From Gammaproteobacteria bacterium (GTDB taxonomy: Bacteria > Pseudomonadota > Gammaproteobacteria > JAKDMP01): a stretch of DNA of 62,305 bases. Below the pieces are notes generated by a model, which was not told where the DNA came from, did no database searches, and saw only the letters and a program-made list of their open reading frames with translations. The stretch is from NCBI GenBank assembly GCA_049581885.1, contig JBAUSV010000200.1, forward strand, positions 1 through 62,305, written 5' to 3'. The position numbers were made by a program, and so were the translations under genes. This document shows, in pieces, positions 41,086-51,900 of the stretch (position 1 is its first letter; each line of letters starts with the position of its first letter).

Positions 41086-43500
41086 TCAGCCGCCATCGGA
41101 TTCAATTCGTCCCGCCGAATACGATGGCGGCTCCTCTGGCTGCGCTGCACCCCATGTAGTGCTCGGGGTGTTTTTCATCGCGAATACCAGATCCGTAACA
41201 CCGTTTTTCTTCTGTCCGCTTAGGACGTGCGTTCCCGTCAGCAACGAGGCTGGTAGCCAATCCTTCCCCCATCGCCTGCCATTGACCATCAGTCCTGTTA
41301 CATAGGTGTGAGTCGACGCGCCCGGAGCGGAAATCGTCACCCGATGTCCATTACCCAAATACAAGGTCGCGTGCGCGAACACCGGCGCACCGAGCACCAG
41401 CACCGGAGCACCGGGCGTCTCCGGATACATTCCCAGGTAGGACCACACGAGCCACGAACTCATAGCCCCCAGATCGTCGTTGCCAGGCTCGCCTCCGGGC
41501 GTATCCGAATACACGTCCGAAATCAGTCGATGGACAATGGCCTGCGTCTTGAACGGCGCTCCAGCGTAGTCGTACATCCAAGGCATCGTCAAGGCCGGCT
41601 CGTTGCCCGCCCAGTAGTAGGGTTTGTTGGGACCGACATTAAGATGCGTAAATAATGTGTCGAGCCGGCTCACCGCGATTTGATCGCCTCCCATCGCCCG
41701 AAAAAGAGATTTCGGATCCTGGGGCACCATCCACGTGTACTGGATGGTGTTTCCCTCCTCGAACCCCCGCTGCCCGTAGGAATTGGGTCTTATACTGAAT
41801 CCCGCGTCCGCGGTGAATGAGCCATCCACGGCGCGGGGTTCTGCGTAGCCCGAATAGCCCCGGAATTTCGCTTTGCTGTCAAAAACATTCTTCCAGTCGC
41901 CGGATCTTGCAAGGAACTTCCGGTACGTGGCTGTATCGCCCAAGGACTTTGCAAATCGCGCAATGGCAAAATCGGCGATTGCGTACTCGAGCGTCTCGGA
42001 GGCATTGCCCGGTACATAGCCGAGCCTCTCGTAGGCGTGCAGATGCGGACGTTCGACGTAGCCTCCGGACCAGGTGGACGGCTGGGATGTATGGGTGGCA
42101 CCCTTGACCATGGCCGCCAAGGCGGCCTTTGTATCGAAGTCCCGTGCGCCAAAGGCGTACGCCTCGGCAATCACGGGATCGGCGGCATCGCCGTTCATCA
42201 CGCCCGTGTAATCATTGTCGTAGCCCCATTTCGGCAGCCATCCGCCTTGCGTCTGATCGTTCAACAGCGAGCGGACCATATCGTTCACCCGATGCGGAAC
42301 CAGCAGCGCAAGCAGAGGGATTTCCGAGCGGTAGATGTCCCAACCGGAGAAATTGGCATACTGATTCGCCTGGCTCCGGTTCAGGTGATGCACCTTGCGA
42401 TCGAAGCCCATGTAAGCACCGTTAACGTCGGAAAAAATATTTGGATGCAGCAAAGCATGGTACAGCGCACTGTAGAACTGCACCTTCCCATCATGCGTGC
42501 CGCCCTGCACCGCAATCTTGGAGAGCAAGCCGTTCCAATCCTTGCGCGCTTTCGTGGCGACGATCTGCTCGTTCCAGCTCGGGTTCTCCGCTTTGAGATT
42601 CAGCCTTGCATCCGCCGTGCTGACATACGAAATGGCCACCTTGAGCTTGACGGTCCGCTGTCGGGCGGCGTCAAAAGTTACCCAGGCCCCGGTTGCGGAC
42701 CCCGCGCTTCCCTCCGAACCTTGCTTGAGATTCTTCCCTTGCCAGGTTCCATGGGCGCGGAACGGCCGGTTAAAAACGGCTACAAAATACAGAGTGGCAC
42801 CGCTCGCCGAGCCACAGAAATGTCCGGACGTCTCGGTGCCCGCAAGCTCACGGTCACCGACAATGCGCACCGCGGAAGCCGAACTGCCAGTCTGTGCATC
42901 GGACACCTTGAACAGGAAGTTGGCCTGGGGCGTTGCGGGAAATTTGAAGACGCCTATTCCGGTCCGTGCGGTCGCCGTCAGCGCCACATTGATCGCCGAC
43001 AGCGTTCCCGGCGCTAGAGTCACCTCGTAGCTGCCCGGGCCGGCACTTTCATGGGCATGATCGAATGGCTCGGAGATACTTTCGGGATGCGTGCCGATGG
43101 TCCCCGTCGTTGGCAGAATCGGCACCTCTCCGCCCGCGGAACAGCCAGGACCCGACAGATGGGTGAGACTGAACCCCAGAATCGACGAGTCCTTGTAGGA
43201 ATAATCTCCACCTTCCGGCCGAGACAGAGTAGTCGGACTCCAGCTCAGCATCCCAAAGGGGATCACCGCGCCCGGAAATGTATCCACATCGCCCGTGATT
43301 TTGCCGCCGTTGCCGGTTCCGATAAACGGATTCACCAGCGCAACGGGGTCGGCATCAGCAGCGCCGATAGAGGCGGCGGTAGGCGGAACAGCTCGGGCAA
43401 TGGCATAAGGCGCCAGCGCCAAAATAACCATTGCCAAGATGCTTGTGCCGGTCAAGCGGGGGGCATTGCTTCTACCGGAAGCGGATACCGAATCATTCAT
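41086..43500 (-). CDS. secreted glycoside hydrolase family 92 (alpha-mannosidase-like)
   Basis: Signal peptide after M at 43500. LVNPFIGTGNGG near the N-terminus and WAGNEPALTMPWMYDYAG are typical of GH92. Confidence 0.75.
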   Translation of the reverse strand: MNDSVSASGRSNAPRLTGTSILAMVILALAPYAIARAVPPTAASIGAADADPVALVNPFIGTGNGGKITGDVDTFPGAVIPFGMLSWSPTTLSRPEGGDYSYKDSSILGFSLTHLSGPGCSAGGEVPILPTTGTIGTHPESISEPFDHAHESAGPGSYEVTLAPGTLSAINVALTATARTGIGVFKFPATPQANFLFKVSDAQTGSSASAVRIVGDRELAGTETSGHFCGSASGATLYFVAVFNRPFRAHGTWQGKNLKQGSEGSAGSATGAWVTFDAARQRTVKLKVAISYVSTADARLNLKAENPSWNEQIVATKARKDWNGLLSKIAVQGGTHDGKVQFYSALYHALLHPNIFSDVNGAYMGFDRKVHHLNRSQANQYANFSGWDIYRSEIPLLALLVPHRVNDMVRSLLNDQTQGGWLPKWGYDNDYTGVMNGDAADPVIAEAYAFGARDFDTKAALAAMVKGATHTSQPSTWSGGYVERPHLHAYERLGYVPGNASETLEYAIADFAIARFAKSLGDTATYRKFLARSGDWKNVFDSKAKFRGYSGYAEPRAVDGSFTADAGFSIRPNSYGQRGFEEGNTIQYTWMVPQDPKSLFRAMGGDQIAVSRLDTLFTHLNVGPNKPYYWAGNEPALTMPWMYDYAGAPFKTQAIVHRLISDVYSDTPGGEPGNDDLGAMSSWLVWSYLGMYPETPGAPVLVLGAPVFAHATLYLGNGHRVTISAPGASTHTYVTGLMVNGRRWGKDWLPASLLTGTHVLSGQKKNGVTDLVFAMKNTPSTTWGAAQPEEPPSYSAGRIESDGG

Positions 43501-43881
43501 GCGTCTCTCCTTGAAAACACAGTTGCCAATACCCGTCACGAGTACGCGCGTCCAGCCGATTATGCAAGGACCCGCATTGCAAAGGTAACCCACCGCCAGC
43601 ACCCTTGTAAGCCTTTTATTATAGGTAACCTTTTCATACGATGCAGCTTTTCCCAACTGCAGACTTTCAGGAGTGCTTTGCGAAAACAAAGTCACATCCT
43701 TCAAAAGGATGTTGTATCACAAGACGAAGCGCCTCAGTGGTATGTGTTTCAAACCCCCATGGAATACACATCGATTAACGATCTGCATGCTCGGTTTCTG
43801 CTTGTTTGATCGATCTGGCTAACTCCTAGACAGGCGGAGCATCGGATAGGGCCTGCAAATGTCTGCTTTGCCATGCGCTGA

Positions 43882-44194
43882 CTGGCAAGTTACGACAAGT
43901 CACTGACTTGGGACCATGGCAAGGAGATGCACCAACATCAGCGCTTCACTTTAGCCACCGACATCCAAGTCTACTTCTGCGATCCGCAGAACCCGTGGCA
44001 GCGTGGGAGCAACGAGAATACGAACGGTCTGCTTCGACAGTACTTCCCCAAGGGCACCGATTTATCCATTTACTCGCAAGCCCAACTCAATGCGGTCGCT
44101 CGACAGCTGAATGAACGACCGAGGAAAACGCTAAACTACCAAACGCCTGCCGAGCGCTTCGCCTAATGTGTTGCGTCGATCCATTGAATCCGCA
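43882..44194 (+). mobile_element. IS30 remnant: 3'-terminal about 310 bp including right inverted repeat
   Basis: Encodes ...[52 protein letters not shown]...ERFA and ends with tgtgttgcgtcgatccattgaatccgca, colinear with 5850-6139. Roughly 90 percent nucleotide identity by eye. Confidence 0.85.
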
Positions 44195-44592
44195 ACCCAT
44201 TACTGCCATACGGAATCCGTCTTTTCAGACGTTCCCAACTACTTAAGCATTAAAGCTTTGTAATGTTTCCGTCATTAGCAGTTTCAGGTGCATAATCTGC
44301 TTGCGCCTCAAGGAAGCTTGATGAGTACGTGCAATGAGAAGACGGCGTGAGGCAATTCGGGATTGCGTACCACCAATTTCCTCTGCTTGACCGCACTCCT
44401 TGGAAATGCCATTGTCAAATACAGGCGGACCGATTCCATATATAGCGCCTAGACGACCATCTGTGGGCCCAAGAGCCGGCTTGCCTTGATCGGAGAAGAG
44501 TTTTCATGCCAGAGCATTTGCTTCAATTTGGTTTCGCAAATACAAACACTGTTACGTTTGCCGTTATTCGGAAGATGTGACTGAAGGTGCGA

Positions 44593-45609
44593 ATGTCAAG
44601 GCAACTGTTATGCTGTTTCCTGCTGTTGGCGGCCTGGCCAGTCGTTCCCGCGTTTGCAGCTCCTGGACTTCCCGTAACAGTGGTAAATCCTTTCCGAAGT
44701 CACTGGAAAGTCACTACTGAATACCTGGCGAAAGTGAGTAGCTTTGGTCGCCTTCCGGTCACGGCGCCGACAAGCGGATGGCTACGCGGACCACGCCTGA
44801 AGCAGGGAGCACGTGTGAAGGTAGGGATGATTTTGGGCACCATCAAACCACTAGGGTTCGATGCCCAGTTGCGTGCTGCAAAATCCGCGCTCAGGCTCGC
44901 TAGCATTCAACTGCGCCAAGCTCACCATCTGTACAAAAAACATGATAATGCAGTTATCGTGTTGGACGAGGCACAGAATAACTACCATGAGGCCAAATCC
45001 AGAGTACAGGCTCTGAAAATGAAGCAGGCGGCATCTCGCCTCAGAGTGCCCGCCGATGGAACGCTCTATTACCGCCTCCCGTCCGGCGCCTTTGTGAATG
45101 ACGCCAATGTTACGCCGATAGTCGCCTATGTAGACGTTTCTCACCCGCTCTGGATCAGCGTGAATGTTCCGCCCTCGCAGGTGCGAGAACTGAAACCGGG
45201 CAAAAAAGTCGCATTGCGCCGTGGCGACTGGAGTCGTGAGGGCAAGGTTTCATCCATTGGTGACAGCGCATTGCTTTCCGGCCTAGTACAGGTCATTGTC
45301 CAACCACCCATCACGTCACCTCTACGCGCTGGCGAATGGATTCACGTTGCATTACCAGGAAAGCCGGGAAAAGGCTGGCGTCTTCCTCGTGCTGCCTTGA
45401 TCATGCAGGGTAACCACAGTTTTGTATACGTACTGCGGCACGGACGTGCACGGGAGGCAAGTGTGCATCTACAGTACGCTGCAGGTTCCTGGGTATGGGT
45501 GTCCGGAGCACTTGACGCTGCATCTCAAGTGATCGTGAAGGGCGCCGACCGGGTCTCCAACGGAATCCGGGTTCACCTCATGCAGGCAACGAACTCATCC
45601 CGGGCATGA
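44593..45609 (+). CDS. RND efflux periplasmic adaptor subunit
   Basis: Signal peptide MSRQLLCCFLLLAAWPVVPAFA. Short coiled-coil and beta-barrel pattern. Stop overlaps the RND pump start (ATGA). GTG 44587 is also possible. Confidence 0.75.
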   Translation: MSRQLLCCFLLLAAWPVVPAFAAPGLPVTVVNPFRSHWKVTTEYLAKVSSFGRLPVTAPTSGWLRGPRLKQGARVKVGMILGTIKPLGFDAQLRAAKSALRLASIQLRQAHHLYKKHDNAVIVLDEAQNNYHEAKSRVQALKMKQAASRLRVPADGTLYYRLPSGAFVNDANVTPIVAYVDVSHPLWISVNVPPSQVRELKPGKKVALRRGDWSREGKVSSIGDSALLSGLVQVIVQPPITSPLRAGEWIHVALPGKPGKGWRLPRAALIMQGNHSFVYVLRHGRAREASVHLQYAAGSWVWVSGALDAASQVIVKGADRVSNGIRVHLMQATNSSRA

Positions 45610-48600
45610 AACGTTATCTTGAAGCGCTGTGGACTAACCGTGCTTCCCTGACACTGTTGGTCATAGCCCTTCTGGCCGCTGGTTGGCTGGCGGAAAAGTC
45701 CTTGCCGGAAAGCACCTTCCCAGACGTCGACTTTCCAAGGGTCGCGGTCGTGGTCAGTGCGGGCAACCTTCCCGTGCGGTACATGTTGCTTGCCGTTACC
45801 CATCCTCTGGAAACATTGGCCAAAAGCGTAGCTGGAGTTCGCACTGTTCGTTCACAAACAGGTATCGGTCTGTCCAAGCTTCATATTTATTTTGATCCTG
45901 ATGTAAATCCACAACTTGCGTACTTGATGGTGCAAGCACGCTTGGCGCATATAAAGCTGCCTCCGGGAGCAAAGGTGGCAGTCAACCTGATGACCCCTCA
46001 CATCAAACCCTTTGCCCAATATGCGCTTGTTTCAAACACGGTAGGCAGTGCAGAGATGCGGCCGTTTTTCTCTTTTCAGGTGCGGCCCAGCCTCCTGTCA
46101 GTCCACGGCGTCTATCAGGTAAAGGGCGTTGGACGTGGTTGGCCCGAAGTTCTGATACATCTGGATCGACGCAAGCTCGCTGAGCATAATCTTGGCTCCG
46201 GGGAAGTCGTGAGGGCACTCGACTCATACCAGGGCCCCTTCTACTCGGGATTAATCAATGCTTACCATCAGCGATTTCTTCTTGTCACCCGGCCCCGTCC
46301 CACCGAAGTTGCGAATCTGAAAAATTTGCAGATAAACCTGCCAGGGGCTTCCGGAACGGCTTCACATCCACTTCCTCTGTCTGCACTCGGATCAATGAAG
46401 ATAGGCCCTCCGCCGCGCATTCTGGGCGCAGCGGTCAGCGGTTGGCGGCATGCATTACTGATCGACATTTCGGCCCAAGCCAATACCAATGTGCCTTCTG
46501 TAGCTTCCAAAGTTCAGCAACAAATCAGATCGCTTGAAGAGCATCTCCCCACCGGAGTGCATCTGATTAAGGTCTACGATTTCAGCGACTTGATTCACTC
46601 CAGTCTCAATGATGTCTGGGTCGCTCTGGCCTTGGGCGCCGCGTTGGCCTGGCTGGTAGTGTGGCTTTTCATTGGCCGGCTCAATGCCGCACTCGCCACC
46701 CTGGTTGTAGTGCCTATCTCCCTTGCAATAACGTTTCTTTTGCTGAAGATCCTGGGCTTCGGCCTGAATATCATGACCCTGGGCGGCATTACTGCAGCTA
46801 TCGGTGCATTGGTAGATCACGCTATCGTGGTCATGGAGCAAGGCCTTCGTTCAGCGCGGTCTCCAAACGGGGCTTCCCCGCCCCACATGCTGTCTCTTGC
46901 CGCCTCAGGGCGCATTCTGTCGCCAATGACTTTCGCGACACTGACTTCTTGTATCGTGTTCCTGCCCTTGGTATTCCTCTCTGGCACACTGGGATTGCTG
47001 TTTCGTCACATGGCTCTTGCCATCGTCATTTCCCTAGTCGTCTCTCAGCTTGTCGCGCTCAGCGTGACCCCGATATTATCGGCATTGATCGCGGGACAAC
47101 ATCCCAAGCAGCGCTCTGACCAACGATGGGCCCGACGGTTGCGGGTGATGTATTCCAAGTTCTTGCGCCAAGGCTTGCGCAGGCCTTGGTTGGCTGTAGC
47201 GATTGGAGTACTACTGGCGGCTATCGGTCTGGCGAGCGGACTGACTATGCGTACAGCGTTTCTACCCGCTTGGGATCAGGGAGCAATCGCGGTGCCTTTC
47301 AAGATGCCGGTAGGCACTCCCGTCACAAAAACGCTGAAGGTGGCGCGGCGCCTGGCCGCGATCGCCGGCCACGATCCGGCTGTTGCGCGCGTCTCCGCCG
47401 TAGTAGGCAGAAGCCTTGAAAACCCCAGGGCGACCTCTAATAAGGGCGATCTGGTGGTCATTTTGCGCGCACACCGCCAGACAAACGCAGAGGAGGTGAT
47501 AGAACGGCTGCGGCATGCGTTGCGCAACGCCCAACCCAATCTGATAGAACTCAAACTGCACCAAATCCAATCCAATCGACTGGGAAACCTCTCGGGCGCG
47601 AATGCGCCATTGGAAGTCATGCTCTTTGGTCAGCATGATTCTGTATTGCGCAAGGCCGGGGCATCACTGGCAAAGAAAATACACCGTGACGGCAATTTCG
47701 TGGGCGTCACCTTCAAAAGCCCCTCCGCTGGCCCCGAATTGCAGGTGCTGCCCAAGAGTGGCCAGCTTGAGGGTCTAACACCGAAGAGGATTGCACAGCA
47801 GATCCTCGCCGGGAACCGCGGCCGTGAGGCCGGATTTTTACTCCGAGGAGAACAAATTCTCCCAATCCGGGTACGAGTCGACTCTCCACCGTCCGGGCCA
47901 CGGACAGTCAAAGATTACCCAGTTCGTCTCGCGAACGGTCAATGGGTGCCCTTGAAAAAGCTTGCTCACATCAAATTAGTCGGTGCGGTTCCTTACGTGA
48001 CCCATGATAATTTGGTTCCCTATGCTTATATCCAGGCAACGCCACGGCACGGTATCGGGTTGTCCAAGGGCGCTGACAGGCTCAAGCGCCTGATTAGGCA
48101 TATCAATCTACCCCAGGGGGTGAGCGTTGTAGTCGGAGGCTACTACCGGGAACAATCACAGGGTTTCCGCCAGATGACTGCCATCCTTGCGGGGGCACTT
48201 TTGATTCTCCTGGTACTGCTCGGATTTCAGTTTGGAGGACAACGCGGCGCAATAGCCGCACTGGTCTCTGTAGCCCTGGCCGGTAGCGGCTCGTTTCTCG
48301 CACTGCGCATCTTCGGCATTGCTCTCGACAGCAGCGCGTTTCTCGGCGTGCTGTTGGTGTTTGCGATTGCTGTCAATAATGTAATATTGATTTTTACTCT
48401 TGCCCGCCAAAGAGCATCAGGCACACCCGACTCAAGCCATGTCGAACGGGCGGCAAGACATCGACTCCGCCCCATTGTCATGACTATGCTGGCTGACGTA
48501 CTAGGTTTTTTGCCGCTTGCAATCGGTATTGGGCGCGGCACCGCACTTCTGCAACCGCTAGCCATCGCAGCCATGGGCGGACTCGTTGTCGCTCTCGCCA

Positions 48601-48668
48601 GTTCATTGTGGATGGCACCCGTGCTGTACGCAGGGCTTAGCCGAAATTTAACCCTTCATAGTTCATAA
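45606..48668 (+). CDS. RND-superfamily inner-membrane efflux pump
   Basis: 1020 aa, 12-TM with two large periplasmic loops. TM4 block AAIGALVDHAIVVMEQ, TM10-11 block AIAVNNVILIF...RHRLRPIVMT. Confidence 0.9.
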   Translation: MKRYLEALWTNRASLTLLVIALLAAGWLAEKSLPESTFPDVDFPRVAVVVSAGNLPVRYMLLAVTHPLETLAKSVAGVRTVRSQTGIGLSKLHIYFDPDVNPQLAYLMVQARLAHIKLPPGAKVAVNLMTPHIKPFAQYALVSNTVGSAEMRPFFSFQVRPSLLSVHGVYQVKGVGRGWPEVLIHLDRRKLAEHNLGSGEVVRALDSYQGPFYSGLINAYHQRFLLVTRPRPTEVANLKNLQINLPGASGTASHPLPLSALGSMKIGPPPRILGAAVSGWRHALLIDISAQANTNVPSVASKVQQQIRSLEEHLPTGVHLIKVYDFSDLIHSSLNDVWVALALGAALAWLVVWLFIGRLNAALATLVVVPISLAITFLLLKILGFGLNIMTLGGITAAIGALVDHAIVVMEQGLRSARSPNGASPPHMLSLAASGRILSPMTFATLTSCIVFLPLVFLSGTLGLLFRHMALAIVISLVVSQLVALSVTPILSALIAGQHPKQRSDQRWARRLRVMYSKFLRQGLRRPWLAVAIGVLLAAIGLASGLTMRTAFLPAWDQGAIAVPFKMPVGTPVTKTLKVARRLAAIAGHDPAVARVSAVVGRSLENPRATSNKGDLVVILRAHRQTNAEEVIERLRHALRNAQPNLIELKLHQIQSNRLGNLSGANAPLEVMLFGQHDSVLRKAGASLAKKIHRDGNFVGVTFKSPSAGPELQVLPKSGQLEGLTPKRIAQQILAGNRGREAGFLLRGEQILPIRVRVDSPPSGPRTVKDYPVRLANGQWVPLKKLAHIKLVGAVPYVTHDNLVPYAYIQATPRHGIGLSKGADRLKRLIRHINLPQGVSVVVGGYYREQSQGFRQMTAILAGALLILLVLLGFQFGGQRGAIAALVSVALAGSGSFLALRIFGIALDSSAFLGVLLVFAIAVNNVILIFTLARQRASGTPDSSHVERAARHRLRPIVMTMLADVLGFLPLAIGIGRGTALLQPLAIAAMGGLVVALASSLWMAPVLYAGLSRNLTLHSS

Positions 48669-48995
48669 ACATCTGCGATAGTGACGCCGGTCGCATGAAA
48701 GACAAACGACTCGTTAAAAGTTTTCCGGGTTCGAAGCCTGCATGGGTTTCGCAAAATAAAATTTCTGCATATAGCGGCAACCCAAGCGACGTAGTTGCTT
48801 CCTCTGTTCGGCCGCCTCTATGCCTCCGGCAATGGTGTCCGGATTCAAGACGTTTCCAAAAACCCAATAGGTATAATGCAATCCTTTTAAGTCATTGAAT
48901 CCGCCAAGATCTGCAAAATGGAACAGCGTCGATTATATGAAAAAAAGAAAATGTTTTTCTGGCCATTATCCTGATCCCACACACTTGGAGATGTC

Positions 48996-51900
48996 ATGAT
49001 GCGACGACTTTTTCTCACCCTGTGCGCATGCGTTGCCATTGCGCCAGCAATCAAGGCGGCGCAGCATGCGGCACCGACTTCCATAAGCGATGGCCCGATC
49101 AAGGTGCTGATCCGCTACCCCACAATGCACGGCAATACCGTGGTCTTCGAGGCCGGTGGCAATCTGTGGAAAACGACACTGAGTGGTGGTGTTGCCACTC
49201 AGCTGACCTCCGACAGTGGCTTCGATATGGCGCCGCATTTTTCACCCAATGGAAAATGGGTTGCCTTTACCGGCTGGTACGAGGGCAACACAGACGTCTA
49301 TGTGATCCCTGCAGCAGGCGGTCCGGTCAAGCGCTTGACCTATCACTCGATCAACGAAAAGATCGGTCATGACAAACTACGCCCGATTCAAGACAATATC
49401 GTGTTGGGCTGGACGCAAGATAGCAATAACGTCGTCTTTCTGTCACGCCGCAGCAGCTTTAATCCGCAGGTGATGCATGCCTTCACTGTGCCGGTTAGCG
49501 GCGGCCTGCCCAAGCAGTTGCCGCTGCCCTGGACCGGCCCCCTGTCGTTCAATGCCAGAGGCACCGAAGTGGCCTACAACAAGCTGACCCGGGTGTATCG
49601 GTTGTACCACCGCAAGCACTACTTCGGTGGTCAGGCGCAGGACATCTGGACCTATGATTTCAAGACCGGCAAGAGTCACCAGATCACACACTGGAAAGGC
49701 GCCGACGTGTGGCCGATGTGGCACGATAACACCATCTATTTCACCTCCGATCGCGGCCCCCATGGGGTGCAGAATCTGTGGTCCTACTCGTTCACCAAAA
49801 ACCACTTCAGCCAGCTGACCCACTTCGATACCTACGATGTCGACTCGCCGACGCTCGGCAACGATGGCATTGCCCTATCCGATGGAGGTGACCTCTACGT
49901 ATACAGCTTTGCCGATCAACAACTGCACAAGATCAACGTGCGTGTGCCGCTCAACGGCATCGCTGCGCAACCGCACTGGTTTGATGCCGGCAAGCACATT
50001 TCGAGCGCCTCTGTCGCACCGAACGGCAAGCTGGCCGTGTTCTCGGGGCGCGGTGCCCTTTTTACGGTGCCCGCTGAACATGGCAGCACCGAAACCCTGA
50101 CCCGAGACCCCGCTGCCGACGAGCGCGATCCAGCGTGGTCTCCCAATGGCAAGCAGATTGCCTACATCCTCGCCAAGGGTAGCAGCGACGAAATCGCGCT
50201 GCGCAGTGCCACTGGTGGGCCGCCGCAGCTTTTGACCCACGATTCGAAAATCAGTTACCAGGGACCGTTGACATGGAGCCCCGACGGCACCTGGATTACC
50301 TATGTCAACGCCGCGCGCCAGCTCTGGCTGCAGAACGTGAAGACCAGCAAGCGCTACAAGGTGGCGACCGACCGCAGCACCCGCTACGCCTTCCAGGATG
50401 TCGCCTGGTCGCCCGGCAGCGATTGGATTGCCTTTTCGCGTACGCTCAAGGATCGCAAGAGCGGCCTGTTTCTCTACCACGTGACCGACCACAGCCTGCA
50501 CCGCATCAGCAGCGGGCAGTTCGACGATTTTTCGCCCGCCTTCTCGAAAGACGGCAAATACCTCTTCTTTGCGTCCAACCGTCTGGTCAACCTGACTTGG
50601 GGCGACGACGATTTGAGCAGCACGGCCAACCTCGATAGCAGCGGCCTCTACGCCGCGACACTGTCAAAGAGCACGCCCTCCCTACTGGCGCCGCGCCAAC
50701 CCAAGGCCGCCGGCACATCCCCAGGCAAGCACATGAAGGACCACGGCAAGAGCACGTCCGAACACACCGGCCCTCTGCACATCGACCTGGCTGGGCTAAT
50801 GTCGCGTGCCGTGCAACTGCCGGTACCGGCGGCCAACATCAATCGCGTGGTCGCCGCCAAGGGGGTGGTCTACTACACCACCCGGCCCAACTATGTCATC
50901 GGAGGCCATCTCACCGGACTGGAACCCCAGTTGCGTGCCTACGACCTGAAGAAGCGCAAGGACCGCACCCTGGATGCAGGCGGTCAGGGACTGATGTTGT
51001 CCGCGGATGATTCGACCTTGCTTTTCCAGTCCAAGGGTAAATGGGTGCTGCGACCGGCCACCTTCGCCAAGAAGGCCAAGACGCAGACCCCGGACCTGTC
51101 ACACCTGCGGCGCTGGGTCCAGCCACGCGCCGAGTGGGCCACCAGCTTCGGTGAAGCGTGGCGCCACGTCCGAGATTATTTCCTTAATCCAGAGCTGATC
51201 GAGTCCCGGTGGGCCACCATCGGCGAGCGTTACCGGCGCTTGTTGCCGCTGGCCGCCAGCCGCAATGACGTGACCTGGCTGATCGCCAACATGATGGGGA
51301 CGTTTGGTGAAAGCCACATGTATGTCCGTGGCGGCAGCCCCTACCATGGCCGGAGAAGTCCGGCGACGACGACGGCCGACCTGGGGGCCGAGTTCTCGCT
51401 TGATGCAAAGTCAGGACGCTACAAATTGTCGCGCATCTACCGTGGTGACAACACGATTCCGGGCTACCGCGCACCGCTTGCACAGCCGGGCCTGAAGGTG
51501 TCCAGCGGGGACTACGTGCTGGCAATCAACGGCCAGCCGCTGAAAGCGCCGATGAACCCCTACGCATTGCTCAACGGCACTTACGGCACCACCGTCAGCC
51601 TGCGCCTGTCGCGGCATGCCTCGGGCCGTGATGCCTGGACCATCAGGGTCAAGCCGATCGCCAACGCCATGAAGCTGCACCTGTTGGCCTGGATCAGGCA
51701 CAACCGCGCGTTGGTCAGCAAGCTCTCCGGCGGCAAGATCGGTTACGTCTACCTGAATGACTTCGAACCCACCGGCGCGCATGAATTCATCCGCCAGTAC
51801 TATAGCCAGATGACCAAACAGGGGATCATCTTCGATGACCGTTGGAACCTCGGCGGTGCCAGCGCGCTGGAAATGACCCTGTTCTCGCGCATCGCGCGCA

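Noticed and set aside
43501-43704. 68-codon upstream extension of the GH92 ORF
   Set aside because: The internal Met at 43500 is preceded by GGAG and followed by a typical signal peptide. The extension has no secretion signal and is AT-richer.
48700-48770. gggttcgaagcc resembling a tRNA T-loop
   Set aside because: The flanking bases do not form a T-stem, acceptor stem or anticodon arm. No cloverleaf can be drawn.
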